The notes below the pieces were generated by a model. It saw only the letters and a program-made list of their open reading frames with translations, was not told the origin of the DNA and made no database searches. 64,000 nt of DNA from Ranitomeya imitator (taxonomy: Eukaryota): the NCBI RefSeq assembly GCF_032444005.1, contig NC_091283.1, positions 162,378,001 through 162,442,000 of the forward strand. The letters are read 5' to 3'. Position numbers and translations under genes: made by a program. Of this stretch, positions 26,301 through 39,004 are shown piece after piece; the first letter of the stretch is position 1, and the number at the start of each line of letters is the position of its first letter.

Positions 26301-29300
26301 ATGCGAAAAGCTGCAGCTACAAACAGCAGGAATAGAGAAGTATCTGAGCGACGCGCTGCCGGCCAAGATCCCACAAGTGGCGGTAATTATATCCTCAGTC
26401 CACAGCCGTATACTCCTGAGATATACGCCATATACAGAACAATAACTGCCAGCATGAAGGAGGCAGGGATCATCATCACAAGTTCCAATATTCTTAGCTT
26501 TGAACATACCATAGACCTGAAATAACAATTCACTATTCACTTTCATCCATAGCTAAATCCTGTATGCAGAGCTGCACTCACTGTTCTGCTGGTGCAGTCA
26601 CTGTGGACATACATTACTGATCCTGAGTTACATCCTGTATTATACCCCAGAGCTGCACTCACTATTCTGCTGGTGCAGTCACTGTGTACATACATTACAT
26701 TACTTACCCTTTACTGATCCTGAGTTACATCCTGTATTATACTCCAGAGCTGCACTCACTATTCTGCTGGCACAGTCACTGTGTACATACATTACTGATC
26801 CTGAGTTACATCCTGTATTATACTGCAGAGCTGCACTCACTATTCTGCTGGTGCGGTCACTGTGTACATACACTACATTACTGATCCTGAGGTACATCCT
26901 GTATTATACCTCAGAGCTGCACTCGCTATTCTGCTGGTGCAGTCACTGTGTACATACATTACATTACTGATCCTGTATTATACCCCAGAGCTGCACTCAC
27001 TATTCTGCTGGTGCAGTCACTGTGTACATACATTGCATTACTGATCCTGTACTGATCCTGAGTTACATCCTGTATTATACCTCAGAGCTGCACTCACTAT
27101 TCTGCTGGTGCAGTCACTGTGTACATACATTGCATTACTGATCCTGTACTGATCCTGAGTTACATCCTGTATTATACTCCAGAGCTGCACTCACTATTCT
27201 GCTGGTGCAGTCACTATGTACATACATTACTGATCCTGTACTCATCCTGAGTTACATCATGTATTATACTCCAGAGCTGCCCTCGCTATTCTGCTGGTGC
27301 AGTCACTGTGTACATACATTACTGATCCTGAGTTACATCCTGTATTATACTCCAGAGCTGCACTCACTATTCTGCTGGTGCAGTCACTGTGTACATACAT
27401 TACTGATCCTGTTCTGATCCTGAGTTACATCCTGTATAATACCCCAGAGCTGCACTCACTATTCTGCTGGTGCAGTCACTGTGTACATACATTACATTAC
27501 TGATCCTGTTCTGATCCCGAGTTACATCCTGTATTATATCCCAGAGCTACACTCACTATTCTGCTGGTGCAGTCACTGAGTACATACACTACATTACTGA
27601 TCCTGAGGTACATCCTGTATTATACCTCAGAGCTGCACTCACTATTCTGCTGGTGCAGTCACTGTGTAGATACATTGCATTACTGATCCTGTACTGATCC
27701 TGAGTTACATCCTGTATTATACTCCAGAGCTGCACTCACTATTCTGCTGGTGCAGTCACTGTGTACATACATTACATTACTGATCCTGTTCTGATCCCGA
27801 GTTACATCCTGTATTATATCCCAGAGCTGCACTCACTATTCTGCTGGTGCAGTCACTGTGTACATACACTACATTACTGATCCTGAGTTACATCCTGTAT
27901 TATACCCCAGAGCTGCACTCACTATTCTGCTGGTGCAGTCACTGTGTACATACACTACATTACTGATCCTGAGTTACATCCTGTATTATACCCCAGAGCT
28001 GCACTCACTATTCTGCTGGTACAGTCACTGTGTATATACATTACATTACTGATCCTGAGTTACATCCTGTATTATACTCCAGAGCTGCATTCACTATTCT
28101 GCTGGTGCAGTTACTGTGTACATACATTACATTATTGATCCTGTTCTGATCCCGAGTTACATCCTGTATTATACCCCAGAGCTGCACTCACTATTCTGCT
28201 AGGTGCTATTGTCAGGTGACTTATGCAGAACAGCTCCCACAATGCTGGAGGACAGTTAGTTCTTCCTATATCAGATCACTGTACAGAGGCTACAAAATGA
28301 TGACACTTCCACAACTGCCGTTACCTTTGTGTATGACGCAGAAGTCGGGCTACTGGGAGGCTTTAGTTCTGAATGGTGCAGAATTGTGAATGCAGCTCTG
28401 TAGTCACAGTCTCCTCCATGTACATGTGATCCAGTGTAATGAGCTGCACCTCTGTTACAGAGCACGGCCAGGAAAGCTCGTGAGATGATCATCCAGCGAC
28501 TGAACTTCATCCGCACCGCGTGTGACAATGAGGAGCAGCGCCTGCTGGAGGAGATCCACGCGGAGGAGGAGCGGGCCCAGCAGGGGATCCTCACCCAGAA
28601 ATCCCACTGGACGGAGTCCACCAAGAAGCTGTCTGGCATCAGGAGCTATCTGGTGGACATGCTGACCAAGATGGACGACCTCAGCCTCATTGTACGTAAT
28701 ATTCTGTACTACACAGGAGATTCCTGTAGTCCTGAATTGTTCTGGACTATAAGGCTATGTGCACACGTTGCGGATTAGGCTTAGGAATTTCTGGCGCGGA
28801 TTCTGCCTCTCCTGGCAGAAAACGCACCTGTTTTTTTGTGCGTTTTTGCTGCGGTTTTCTTGCGGATTTGCTGCGTTTTTTACCCCTGCGGTTTTCTATA
28901 ATGGAATGGGTACAAAAACGCTGCAGATTCACAAAAAAATAAGTGACATGCTACTTCTTTTAAACCGCAGCGTTTCCGCAGCGGATTTTCCGCAAAGTGT
29001 GCACAACATTTTTTTTTCTCATTGATTTACATTGTACTGCAAATCAATTGCGGATCTGCAGCGTTTCTGCGCCTCAAAAAAACGCTGCGGATCCGCAGAG
29101 AATCCACAACGTGTGCACATACCGTAAATGATATAACGGGATAGAGACGTTCCTGGTGTCAGGCGGCCACGGGTTGTATCGATTCTGTTTTATTAGAATT
29201 TCTGGACTATTGGATTCCGGATTAAAGAACTTATTGTAATTCCGTTTTTTTATACCCTAATCTCACTTTCTTCTGTTTTTTTGTCCTCTCAGGTTTCTGA

Positions 29301-32300
29301 AAATAAAATGGAGGACAGGTCAGTGCTTGTACGAAACTCTAATATTGTAAGCAGGCAAGCCTGCACAGTAAAGGTAGCAATCCTCTACAGCTCCTCTGCA
29401 GACTTATGGGTCGCCATGGTAACAGACTACAAACGATCCCCTGTGTAGTCTGATCGTGCAGTCATCCTCTTCTCTAGTGATGCTCTGATAACATTTGGTC
29501 CTTTAGGAGAAATCTGAGGGATAGGAGGGAGTGTAGCCACAGGGTCGGACCTCTCAGGATCTGTTTGTGGTCTGTTACCATGGAGATACATAGGTCTGCA
29601 TTGTTTTGCTGATGGCAGCTTGATACATGATGTGACGGTGGATGTTGCCTTTATTAGCAGGATATAGCAGGTATACGTCTTATCAATTTGTGTCTTCCCA
29701 CTGTAGAACAGAAGAAGCAGAAGGAATTCTGGAGCCTCAGAAGTCGGAGAAGTTAAACTTTAACATGAATTGTTGTCAGAGTCCATTACTGAACAGACTG
29801 TGGGCCCTGTCTGTCCTCTGCCACACCTCCGGTCAGTATAAGACATTGCACCATCATATACAGTTATAAGAAAAAGTTTGTGCACCCCTATTAATCTTAA
29901 GCTTAATGTTTTATAAAAATTGTTTTTTTTTGCAACAGCTATTTCAGTTTCATATATCTAATAACTGTTGGACACAGTAATGTTTCTGCCTTGAAATGAG
30001 GTTTATTGTACTAACAGAAAATGTGCAATCTGCATTCAAACAAAATTTGACAGGTGAATAAGTATGGGCACCCCACCAGAAAAGTGAGATTAATATTTAG
30101 TAGATCCTCCTTTTGCAAAAATAACAGCCTCTAGTCGCTTCCTGTAGCTTTTAAGGAGTTCCTGGATCCTGGATGAAGGTATTTTTGAACATTCCCCTTT
30201 ACAAAACAATTCCAGTTCAGTTAAGTTTGATGGTCACCGAGCATGGACAGCCCTCTTCAAATGATCCCACAGATGTTCAATGATATTCAGGTCTGGGGAC
30301 TGGGATGGCCATTCCAGAACAGTGTAATTGTTCCTCTGCATGAATGCCTGAGTAGATTTGGAGCGGTGTTTTGGATCATTGTCTTGCTGAAAGATCCATC
30401 CCCTGCGTAACTTCAACTTTGTCACTGATTCATGAACATTATTGTCAAGAATCTGCTGATACTGAGAGGAATCCATGCGCCCCTCAACTTTAACAAGATT
30501 CCCGGTGCCGGCATTGGCCACACAGCCCCAAAGCATGATGGAACCTCCTCCAAATTTTACTGTGGGTAGCAAGTGTTTTTCTTGGAATGCTGTGTTTTTT
30601 GCCCGCCATGCATAACGCCTTTTTGTATGACCAAACAACGCAATCTTGGTTTCATCAGTCCACAGGACCTTCTTCCAAAAAGAAATTGGCTTCTCCAAAT
30701 GTGCTTTTGCATACCTCAGCCGACTCCGTTTGTGGCGTGCTTGCAGAAACGGCTTCTTTCGCATCACTCTCCCATACAGCTTCTCCTTGTGCAAAGTGCG
30801 TTGTATAGTTGACCGATGCACAGTGACACCATCTGCAGAAAGTTGGTGCTGCAGCTCTCTGGAGGTGGTCTGAGGATTGTCCTTGACTGATCTCACCATT
30901 CTTCTTCTCTGCCTTTCTGATGTTTTTCTTGGCCTGCCACTTCTGGCCTTAACAAGAACTGTACCTGTGTTCTTCCATTTCCTTACTATGTTCCTCACAG
31001 TGGAAATTGACAGGTTAAATCTCTGAGACAGCTTTTTGTATCCTTCCCCTGAACAACTATGTTGAATAATCTTTGTTTTCAGATCATTAGACAGTTGTTT
31101 TGAGGAGCCCATGATGCCACTCTTCAGAGGAGATTCAAACAGGAGAACAACTTGCAAGTGGCCACTTTAAGTAGCTTTTCTCATGATTGCATATACCTGG
31201 CTATGAAGTTCAAAGCTCAATGAGGTTAGAAAACAAAAAATAAGTGCTTTAGTCAGTCAGTAAAAAGTAGGTAGGAGTATTTAAAACAAGAAAATGATAA
31301 GGGTGCCCATACTTATGCACCTGTCAAATTTTGTTTGAATGCAGATTGCACATTTTCTGTTAGTACAATAAACCTCATTTCAAGGCAGAAACATTACTGT
31401 GTCCAACAGTTATTAGATATATGAAACTGAAATAGCTGTTGCAAAAAAAACAATTTTTATAAAACATTAAGCTTAAGATTAATAGGGGTGCCCAAACTTT
31501 TTCATATAACTGTATCTTCTGTCCTCTGCCACACCTCCGATCAGTATAAGACACTGCACCATTATACAACCCCTGGCAAAAATTATGGAATCACCGGCCT
31601 TGGAGGATGTTCATTCAGTTGTTTAATTTTGTAGAAAAAAAGCAGATCACAGACATGGCACAAAACTACAGTCATTTCAAATGGCAACTTTCTGGCTTTA
31701 AGAAACACTAAAAGAAATCAAGAACAACAAATGTGGTAGTCAGTAATGGTTACTTTTTATAACCAAGCATAGGGGGAAAATTATAGAGTCACTCAATTAT
31801 GAGGGAAATAATTATGGAATCACTTTGTAAATTTTCATTCCCAAAACTAACACCTGCATCAAATTAGATCTGCTCATTAATCTGCATCTTAAAAGGAGTG
31901 ATCACACCTTGGAGACCTGTTGCACCAAGTGGACTGACATGCATCAAGGCTCCAACATGAGAGATGTCAATTGAAACAAAGGAGAGGATTATCAAACTCT
32001 TACAAGAAGGTAAATCATCACGTAATGCTGCAAAAGATGTTGGTTGTTCACAGTCAGCTGTCTAAAATCTGGACGAAATACAAATAACATGGGAAGGTTG
32101 TTAAAGGCAAACATACTGGTAGACCAAGGAAGACATCAAAGCGTCAAGACCAGAAACTTCAAGCAATATGTCTCCAAAACAGGAAATGCACAACAAAACA
32201 AATGAACGAATTGGTGGAAACTGGAGTCAACGTCTGTGACCGAACTGTAAGAAACCGCCTAAAGGAAATAGGATTTACATTCAGAAAAGCTAAACGAAAG

Positions 32301-35300
32301 CCATCATTAACACCTAAACAGAAAAAAACAAGGGTACAATGGGCTTAGGAAAAGCAATCGTGGACGGTGGACGACTGGATGAAAGTCATATTCAGTGATG
32401 AATCGCGAATCTGCATTGGGCAAGGTGATGTTGCTGGAACCTTTGTTTGGTGCCGTTCCAATGAGATTTATAAAGATGACTGCCTGAAGAGAACATGCAA
32501 ATTTCCACAGTCATTGATGATATGGGGCTGCATGTCAGGTAAAGGCACTGGGGAGATGGCTGTCATTACATCTTCAATAAATGCACAAGTTTATGTTGAT
32601 ATTTTGGACACTTTTCTTATCCCATCAATTGAAAGGATGTTTGGGGATGATGAAATCATTTTTCAAGATGATAATGCATCCTGCCATAGAGCAAAAACTG
32701 TGAAAACATTCCTTGAAAAAGACACATACGGTCAATGTCATGGCCTGCAAATTGTCCAAATCTCAATCCAATTGAAAATCTTTGGTGGAAGTTGAAGAAA
32801 ATGGTCCATGACAAGACTCCAACCTGCAAAGCTGATCTGGCAACAGCAATCAGAGAAAGTTGGAGCCAGATTGATGAAGAGTACTGTTTACACTCATTAA
32901 GTCCATGCCTCAGAGACTGCAAGCTGTTATAAAAGCCAAAGGTGGTGCAACAAAATACTAGTGATGTGTTGCAGTGTTTTTGTTTGTTTGTTTTTTATAA
33001 TTCCATAATTTTTTCCTCAGAATTGAGTGATTCCATATTTTTTTTTTGTTAAAAAAAGTAACCTTTACTGACTACCACATTTTTTGTTCTTGATTTCTTT
33101 TAGTGTTTCTCAAAGCCAGAAAGTTGCCATTTGAAATCGCTTTAGTTTTGTGCCATATCTGTGATCTGCTTTTTTTCTACAAAATCATATATCCTCTATC
33201 CCTGTCCTCTGCTACACCTCCGGTCAGTATAAGGCCGGTTTCACACGTCAGTGGCTCCGGTACGTAAGGTGACAGTTTCCTCACGTACCGGAGACACTGA
33301 CTCACGTAGACACATTGAAATCAATGTGTCACTGCACATGTCAGCGTGTTTTCACGGACCGTGTGTCAGTGTGCAAAACACAGAGACATGTCAGTGTTCG
33401 TGGGAGCGCACGGATTACACGGACCCATTAAAGTCAATGGGTCCGTGTAAAACACGTACCGCACACAGACGCTGTCCGTGTGCCGTGCAGGAGACAGCAC
33501 TACTGTAAGCGCTGTCCCCCCCACGTGGTGCTGAAGCGGCCATTCATATCTTCTTTCCAGCAGCGTTCGCTGGAAAGAAGATATGAAAAATCCTTTGTTT
33601 TTTTTTGTCCTCGTGTTTAAAATAAAGATCCCTGTCGCCACCCCCCTCCCACCCCGTGTGCCCTAAGCTGATTACAGTCATGAATATGCGGCTCCACCTC
33701 CCATATGGGTGGAGCCGCATATTCATTACTGTAATAAGCAGCCCCACGTGACCGCTCATACAGGAGAAGCTGCGGTGAGGACAGGACGCTGCGAGGGAGC
33801 TGGGTGAGTATTTTAGTAACAGTGGGGGGGGGGGCGCACAGGGCGTGGGAGGGGGGTGGCAACAGGGATCTTTATTTTAAACACGAGGACAAAAAAAAAG
33901 GATTTTTCATATCTTCTTTCCAGCGAACACTGCTGCAGAGAAGATATTAATGGCCGCTTCAGCACCAGATGCAGGGGACAGTGCTTATCTCTAGCGCTGT
34001 CTCCTGCACGCTCCGTGTGGTACCCAGTCGGCACACGGGCAGCACACATGTGCCGCACATGTGCCACACTGATGTACCACGGGAGCACACAGACACGGAT
34101 AATTCCGGTACCGATTTTTACGATCCCGGAATTATCTGGACGTGTGAGACTGGCCTAAGACACTGCATATTATATATCCGCTGTCCCTGTCCTCTGCTAC
34201 ACCTCCAGTCAGTATAAGACACTGCACATTATATATCCTCTGTCCCTGTCCTCTGCTACACCTCCGGTCAGTATAAGACACTGCACATTATATATCCTCT
34301 GTCCCTGTCCTCTGCTACACCTCCGGTCAGTATAAGACACTGCACATTATATATCCTCTGTCCCTGTCCTCTGCTACACCTCCGGTCAGTATAAGACACT
34401 GCACATTATATATCCTCTGTCCCTGTCCTCTGCTACACCTCCGGTCAGTATAAGACACTGCACATTATATATCTTCTGTCTCTGTCCTCTGCTACACCTC
34501 CGGTCAGTATAAGACACTGCACCATCATATATCCTCTGTCCCTGTCCTCTGCTGCACCCCCGGTCAGTATAAGGCTATGTGCATCCACTGCAGTTTTACA
34601 CCTGCGGTTTTCTATATGGAGCAGGAGTAAAACCGCTGCGTTTTCCGCACAAAGAATTGACATGCTGCGGAATGTAAACCGCTGCGTTTCCGTGCATTTT
34701 TTTCCACAGCATGTGCACTGCGAATTACGTTTCCCATAGGTTTACATTGTACTGTAAACTCATGGGAAACTGCTGCGGATCCGCATGTGCACATAGCCTC
34801 AGACACTGCACCATCATATATCCTCTGTACTTGTCTGCCCTCTGCTACACCTCCCGTCAGTATAAGACGCTACACTACTTTTGTATTTTTCAACACTTCT
34901 GGCCAGTACGAGTCACTAAATCTTCTTCCTCTGTCCTCTCCTACACCTCTAGTGAGCATAAATCCCTGCATCTTCATAAATTATTTATCTCTGCCCTAAC
35001 ACCTCTTCTATGATGTCCACGTACCCTCAATATGGACTACTCCCATACATTCATTAGCACTGTTGTACCGGACGGGTGGAAGAAGTCAGAAGAATATGTT
35101 ATATTTCTAAGACATTCTTATGACTTCTTCAACCCCTCCGGTCATTAGAAAGACTCTTCACTTAATATATTCATTTTCCCTTTTCTCTGATAAATATGGA
35201 AATCTACATCTTTATATATATTATTCTGTGATCCTCTTCTACACTTCAGATCATTCTAAGACACTACATCTTCACATATATCATTTTCTTATATCCTCAT

Positions 35301-36449
35301 CTGTCAGTAACAGACTCTACAGCTTTAGATTTCAGATTTTAAATCCCTCTTGCGCCTCTGGTCAGTATAAGATTCTACCTCTGTACATGTTCTCTGTCCT
35401 CTTCATATATCTTACTCTTCCGTCGTTTCCTACCCCTCTGGTCAATATACAACAAATCACCTTCTGTCCTCTCCTACACCTGCTGTCAGTATAAGGCTAT
35501 GTGCACACGTTGCGCATTGGGGTGCAGAATTTTCCACGGTTTTGATGCGGAATTAATGCGGATTTTGTGCGGTTTTTACCACTGCGGATTTCTATAATGG
35601 AAGGATGCAGAAATGCTGCAGTTCTGCACAACACAAGTGACATGCACTTCTTTTCAATCCGCAGCGGATTCAGTGCGGATTTTTCCGCACCATTAGCACA
35701 GCTTTTTTTTTCCCTTATTGATTTACATTGTACTGTAAATCACTGTGCGGATCTGCAGCGTTTCTGCGCGGAAAAATCCACTGCCGATCTGCACATATTC
35801 CTCATCGTGTGCACACAGCCTAAGAATCTTCACCTTCTTCTACACTGATGAGTATATTCTACTACATCGTTAGATAGATCATAACCTCCCAGGATGATGG
35901 GACATAATGTCTTCTTACTTTTCAGCTTGTGAAAGCCTCACGTTTGATGAGAAGACCATGAGCCCCTTACTCGCCTTATCAGACAATAACAGCCTAAAGT
36001 TCCTCCCAAAGAAAGCAAAGGACTATCCAGACGGACCTGAAAGATTCGACCACTGGCCCAACTGCTTGGCAGTAGAGTTCTTCCAGAAGGGCATCCATAT
36101 GTGGAAAGTGAATGTGGAGACGTGCGGTGCCTACAAACTTGGCATCACCTACAGGTCTATCGCACGAAAAGGCTCGGGCAATGATGCCCGGCTCGGCTAC
36201 AACCCCGTCTCCTGGATCTTCTCTCGCTATGACAAAGACTTCCGTTTTTCCCACGACTCTCAGCATCACCCCGTAGAACTTCTCAAGAGTCCCAAACAAG
36301 TTGGTATCCTGGTGGACATGGACGCCGGAGAGCTGGTCTTCTTCGACCCCTCTTCTTGCATCATCTTGTACAGCCACCAGACGAGGTTCTCCGCTCCGAT
36401 CTGCCCAGTGTTTGCAGTGGCCGATGAGAGCATTAGTCTGGAGAAGTGA
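23371..36449 (+). CDS. BSPRY: B-box and SPRY domain-containing protein
   Basis: Exons: 23371(or 23566)-23958 (B-box CWAHGQELTLFC..CAQC..CQAH..EERASQIR), 26284-26382 (NKIVDQCEKLQLQ), 28461-28691 (..EEQRLLEEIHAEEERA..), 29293-29318 (26 bp), 29707-29831 (TEEAEGILEPQ..), 35926-36449 (SPRY: GPERFDHWPN..SWIFSRYD..PVFAVAD). All junctions are GT-AG and in phase. Start codon uncertain. Confidence 0.93.
24139..24340. repeat. 63-bp tandem repeat (3 full copies), each with a CTCF-like core
   Basis: Copies start at 24139, 24202 and 24265; each contains CCGCCAGGGGGCGAC. Confidence 0.9.
24720..25170. repeat. 27-bp minisatellite
   Basis: Unit CCTGCCCTAATAGCCCCCATATCAGTA, ~11 clean copies, then degenerate. 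Confidence 0.93.
26560..28202. repeat. ~81-97-bp (core 86-bp) minisatellite in BSPRY intron 2
   Basis: Unit CAGAGCTGCACTCACTATTCTGCTGGTGCAGTCACTGTGTACATACATTACATTACTGATCCTGAGTTACATCCTGTATTATACCC. Confidence 0.95.
28753..29124. mobile_element. PIF/Harbinger-type MITE
   Basis: TIR GGCTATGTGCACACGTTG / CAACGTGTGCACATACCG with TAA on both sides. Confidence 0.75.
29861..31512 (-). mobile_element. Full-length Tc1-family IR/DR transposon; 340-codon DD34E transposase (31112-30090) with one premature stop at 30234-30236
   Basis: TA TSD and ~213-bp TIRs with inner and outer direct repeats (AAAAGTTTG(T/G)GCACCC / AAGTATGGGCACCC). Motifs MGSSKQLS.., WTDETK, QQDNDPKH, IIEHLW. The frame continues past AVHAR* to ..KGGSTKY*. 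Confidence 0.95.
31567..33185 (+). mobile_element. Tc1-family transposon, frameshifted, right TIR missing its last ~55 bp
   Basis: TA then CAACCCCTGGCAAAAATTATGGAATCAC. Transposase pieces FSDESRI, FQDDNASCH and NPIENLW, ending KGGATKY*. An inverted copy of the left end lies at ~33000-33185. Confidence 0.9.
33233..34155. mobile_element. PIF/Harbinger-type non-autonomous element (923 bp)
   Basis: TIR GGCCGGTTTCACACGTC / GACGTGTGAGACTGGCC, TAA TSD and an internal inverted duplication. Confidence 0.8.
34160..34572. repeat. 59-bp minisatellite derived from the BSPRY exon 5/intron 5 junction
   Basis: Unit TCCCTGTCCTCTGCTACACCTCCG|GTCAGTATAAGACACTGCACATTATATATCCTCTG, matching 29811-29858. Confidence 0.93.
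34573..34798. mobile_element. PIF/Harbinger-type MITE
   Basis: GGCTATGTGCA / TGCACATAGCC termini with TAA/TCA flanks. Confidence 0.7.
35495..35820. mobile_element. PIF/Harbinger-type MITE
   Basis: GGCTATGTGCACACG / CGTGTGCACACAGCC termini, TAA TSD. Confidence 0.75.
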
Positions 36450-39004
36450 TGATGATGGAGGCGTCGTCCTTATTTATAAAGAGATTTGTATAGAAAAGAC
36501 TGAAGATTTTTATATAATCTCTGTGATGTTGTTACATATGTAAAGAAGATCTCCATGGGTTGCTTCTCAGGAAGCTGGCCCTTACCGGGTTGGAGATGGG
36601 TGGTCGGTTATGGCCCGATGGTGCCTTCCTTGCCTATGTTAGGTCGAGAGAACATAACGTGGGCTCTGAACTTGGGGTCCCACAAGCAGAGTGCAATAAG
36701 GGCATGATGGACATCAGATCAGATGTCATATGTTATTTTCAAGCAAGTCTGAGAAATCAATGCATGACTCCATAGGTCATATCATGTTATGTAACACTGA
36801 CTTCTTGGAAGTGCCACAAGACCCTGTGTAGCTCCATCATTGTTTATTTTCCAGGAACGTCATTCATGTCCACAGCATGTCTCTGATATTACAGCAGCGC
36901 AACCAAATTAATCTGGCTGAGCTGCAATACCAAACCCAACCCAAGGACAAGAATGGCGCTATTGAGTTAAAGTGAAAACATTAAAACATATCCCTCACTG
37001 ATCTCTAATATAGCCGGTGTGGTGATCAGCTTATTGTATGTCCAGCTCATGCCACCCATGATTTCACCCAGGGGCAGCCTTGTCTATAGTATTAGTAGTG
37101 GCCACTCATATAAAGATTGTAAAGGGATCCTCCACCCTGGGACTGAAAAAGAACCAAACATTGCTAATTTACCTGGCACCTTCCATTTGGCTCACGTTCC
37201 CTCCTCTTATTCCCATATATTCCTTAGCATTGCTGTACTAGCGGCTCTTAGCTAGAACGGAACGTTGGCCACAGAAAGTTCTATGGCTCTCCAATATGAT
37301 TTCATGTTGATGCCATCAGTAGATGGCAACATAATATTTTTGCAACTTTTGCATTCGCTGAAGCCGTGGAAAGCGGTCTATCCTCCACTTCTGCTTCTGA
37401 GGTCAAGGAGGTGGAGCCAGAGACAAGTGGGCGGATACTTAGTGTCCTAACTGGAATACCCGTCAGGCTCATTTGCATGTTGAATTAGAAAGTTTTTGCC
37501 CCCCTCTCTCTTATATAAATGTGACTATTTTTTTCATTCCACTTTTGCCTTGAAAAATGTAAGACTGTGAATCCTTTAGGAGATAGATATTCTGTAAGAC
37601 ATGATTATGTGAAGATTCAGATGTAGAATTCTAGAAATTCTAAATATATTTGCACAAAATCTATAAAAATTGTTATAATCGAATGTAAGCTATAATGTAT
37701 TATATAGAACCTGTCACTCGTCATAAATGTCATTTTTCTTAAGCTGGTGTAAATGCCGCTATTCTCTTGAATCAGCGGATGTTTTTCCTTTCTTTCTGCT
37801 CCTCTCCGTTCATGAGATGGCCCCCTGTTCCCTGTATAAAAATCTGGTCTTATTAGCCAAACGAGTGGGGTCCCAAAGGGCACGCCCACATAATAGCGTG
37901 ATGACCACACCCACTTGGCTAACAAGACTAGATTTATATGCAGCGAAGTGGAGGCCGTATCTCAAGAATGGAGGGGAGCAGGAAGAAAGGAAAACCATCC
38001 CCGGATTCAGGAGAACAGTGGCATTTACACCAGGGTAAAAAAACGACATATTTATGGCAAGTGACAGGTCACCTGCAAGTGGCATCACAATGAAAATATT
38101 ATATTGTTATACCATTCATGTGTCTGTGGTCTATTATAACACATTACATTTTGGCAACACAATTTACACAATGTTGGGAGCCCATAAACTGGCAATCTAG
38201 AGGATTACCTTGTGAAGGGAGGTGGAGGACTGTCGAGTTGGGGGTGTATTGCTTATTTGGTCTAAGATATGATGGAGGATCGGGCTGTCATCTGGAATCA
38301 TGTGATTAAGGATGACCACCCAGGGTGGGATCTTCTTTGGAACAGCCCTTTAATTCCCGGGATGTACACTGTACCCCTCGGGGGCCACCAGCCAGGACCC
38401 TGTGTACAAAGCTCCAGCGCTCCTCTTATGTCTCCTACTCACTCCTCCGGCAGATAAGCCACTGATCACAAATAGACCTCTGAGATTTATCTCACCCGCT
38501 GTCAACCGTGCATGGAGCCAAGTGGACTTTGCCCGCTTGGTACAGAAAACAGCAAGTGGCACATTTAAAGGGACCTCCCCGGGTGACAAAACATAAATGC
38601 CACGGCTCATGCTGTTTCCTGGATGGCAGATATGCCTCGTCATAAAGTATTCCTGCAGAAGTGGGCAGGGTTTCTAGGTGACAACCTATGTGGCCGCCAT
38701 TACTAGGCGACCATCTACAAAAGTAGTAACACACATTTTACTAAATATTTCTAAAATGTTCACACATGATGCATTTATTGGATACTCTCCCTGAAAAAAA
38801 AACTCCCAAATATACCACAGCTCAGCAGTTCACTTTTGAGTCAGAGTGCTGTTGCTATGGTTACTTTGCCTAGCAACCAGACATTTTAATAGTGTTGTTT
38901 GATATGATTGTTGCTAGGGCACTTTACTAGCAATGTTTAAAGTCATGTCTGGCCTTTTACTTTTTCATGTCCCCTTTAAGATGAGGTAAATCAGAAAGTC
39001 CCTG

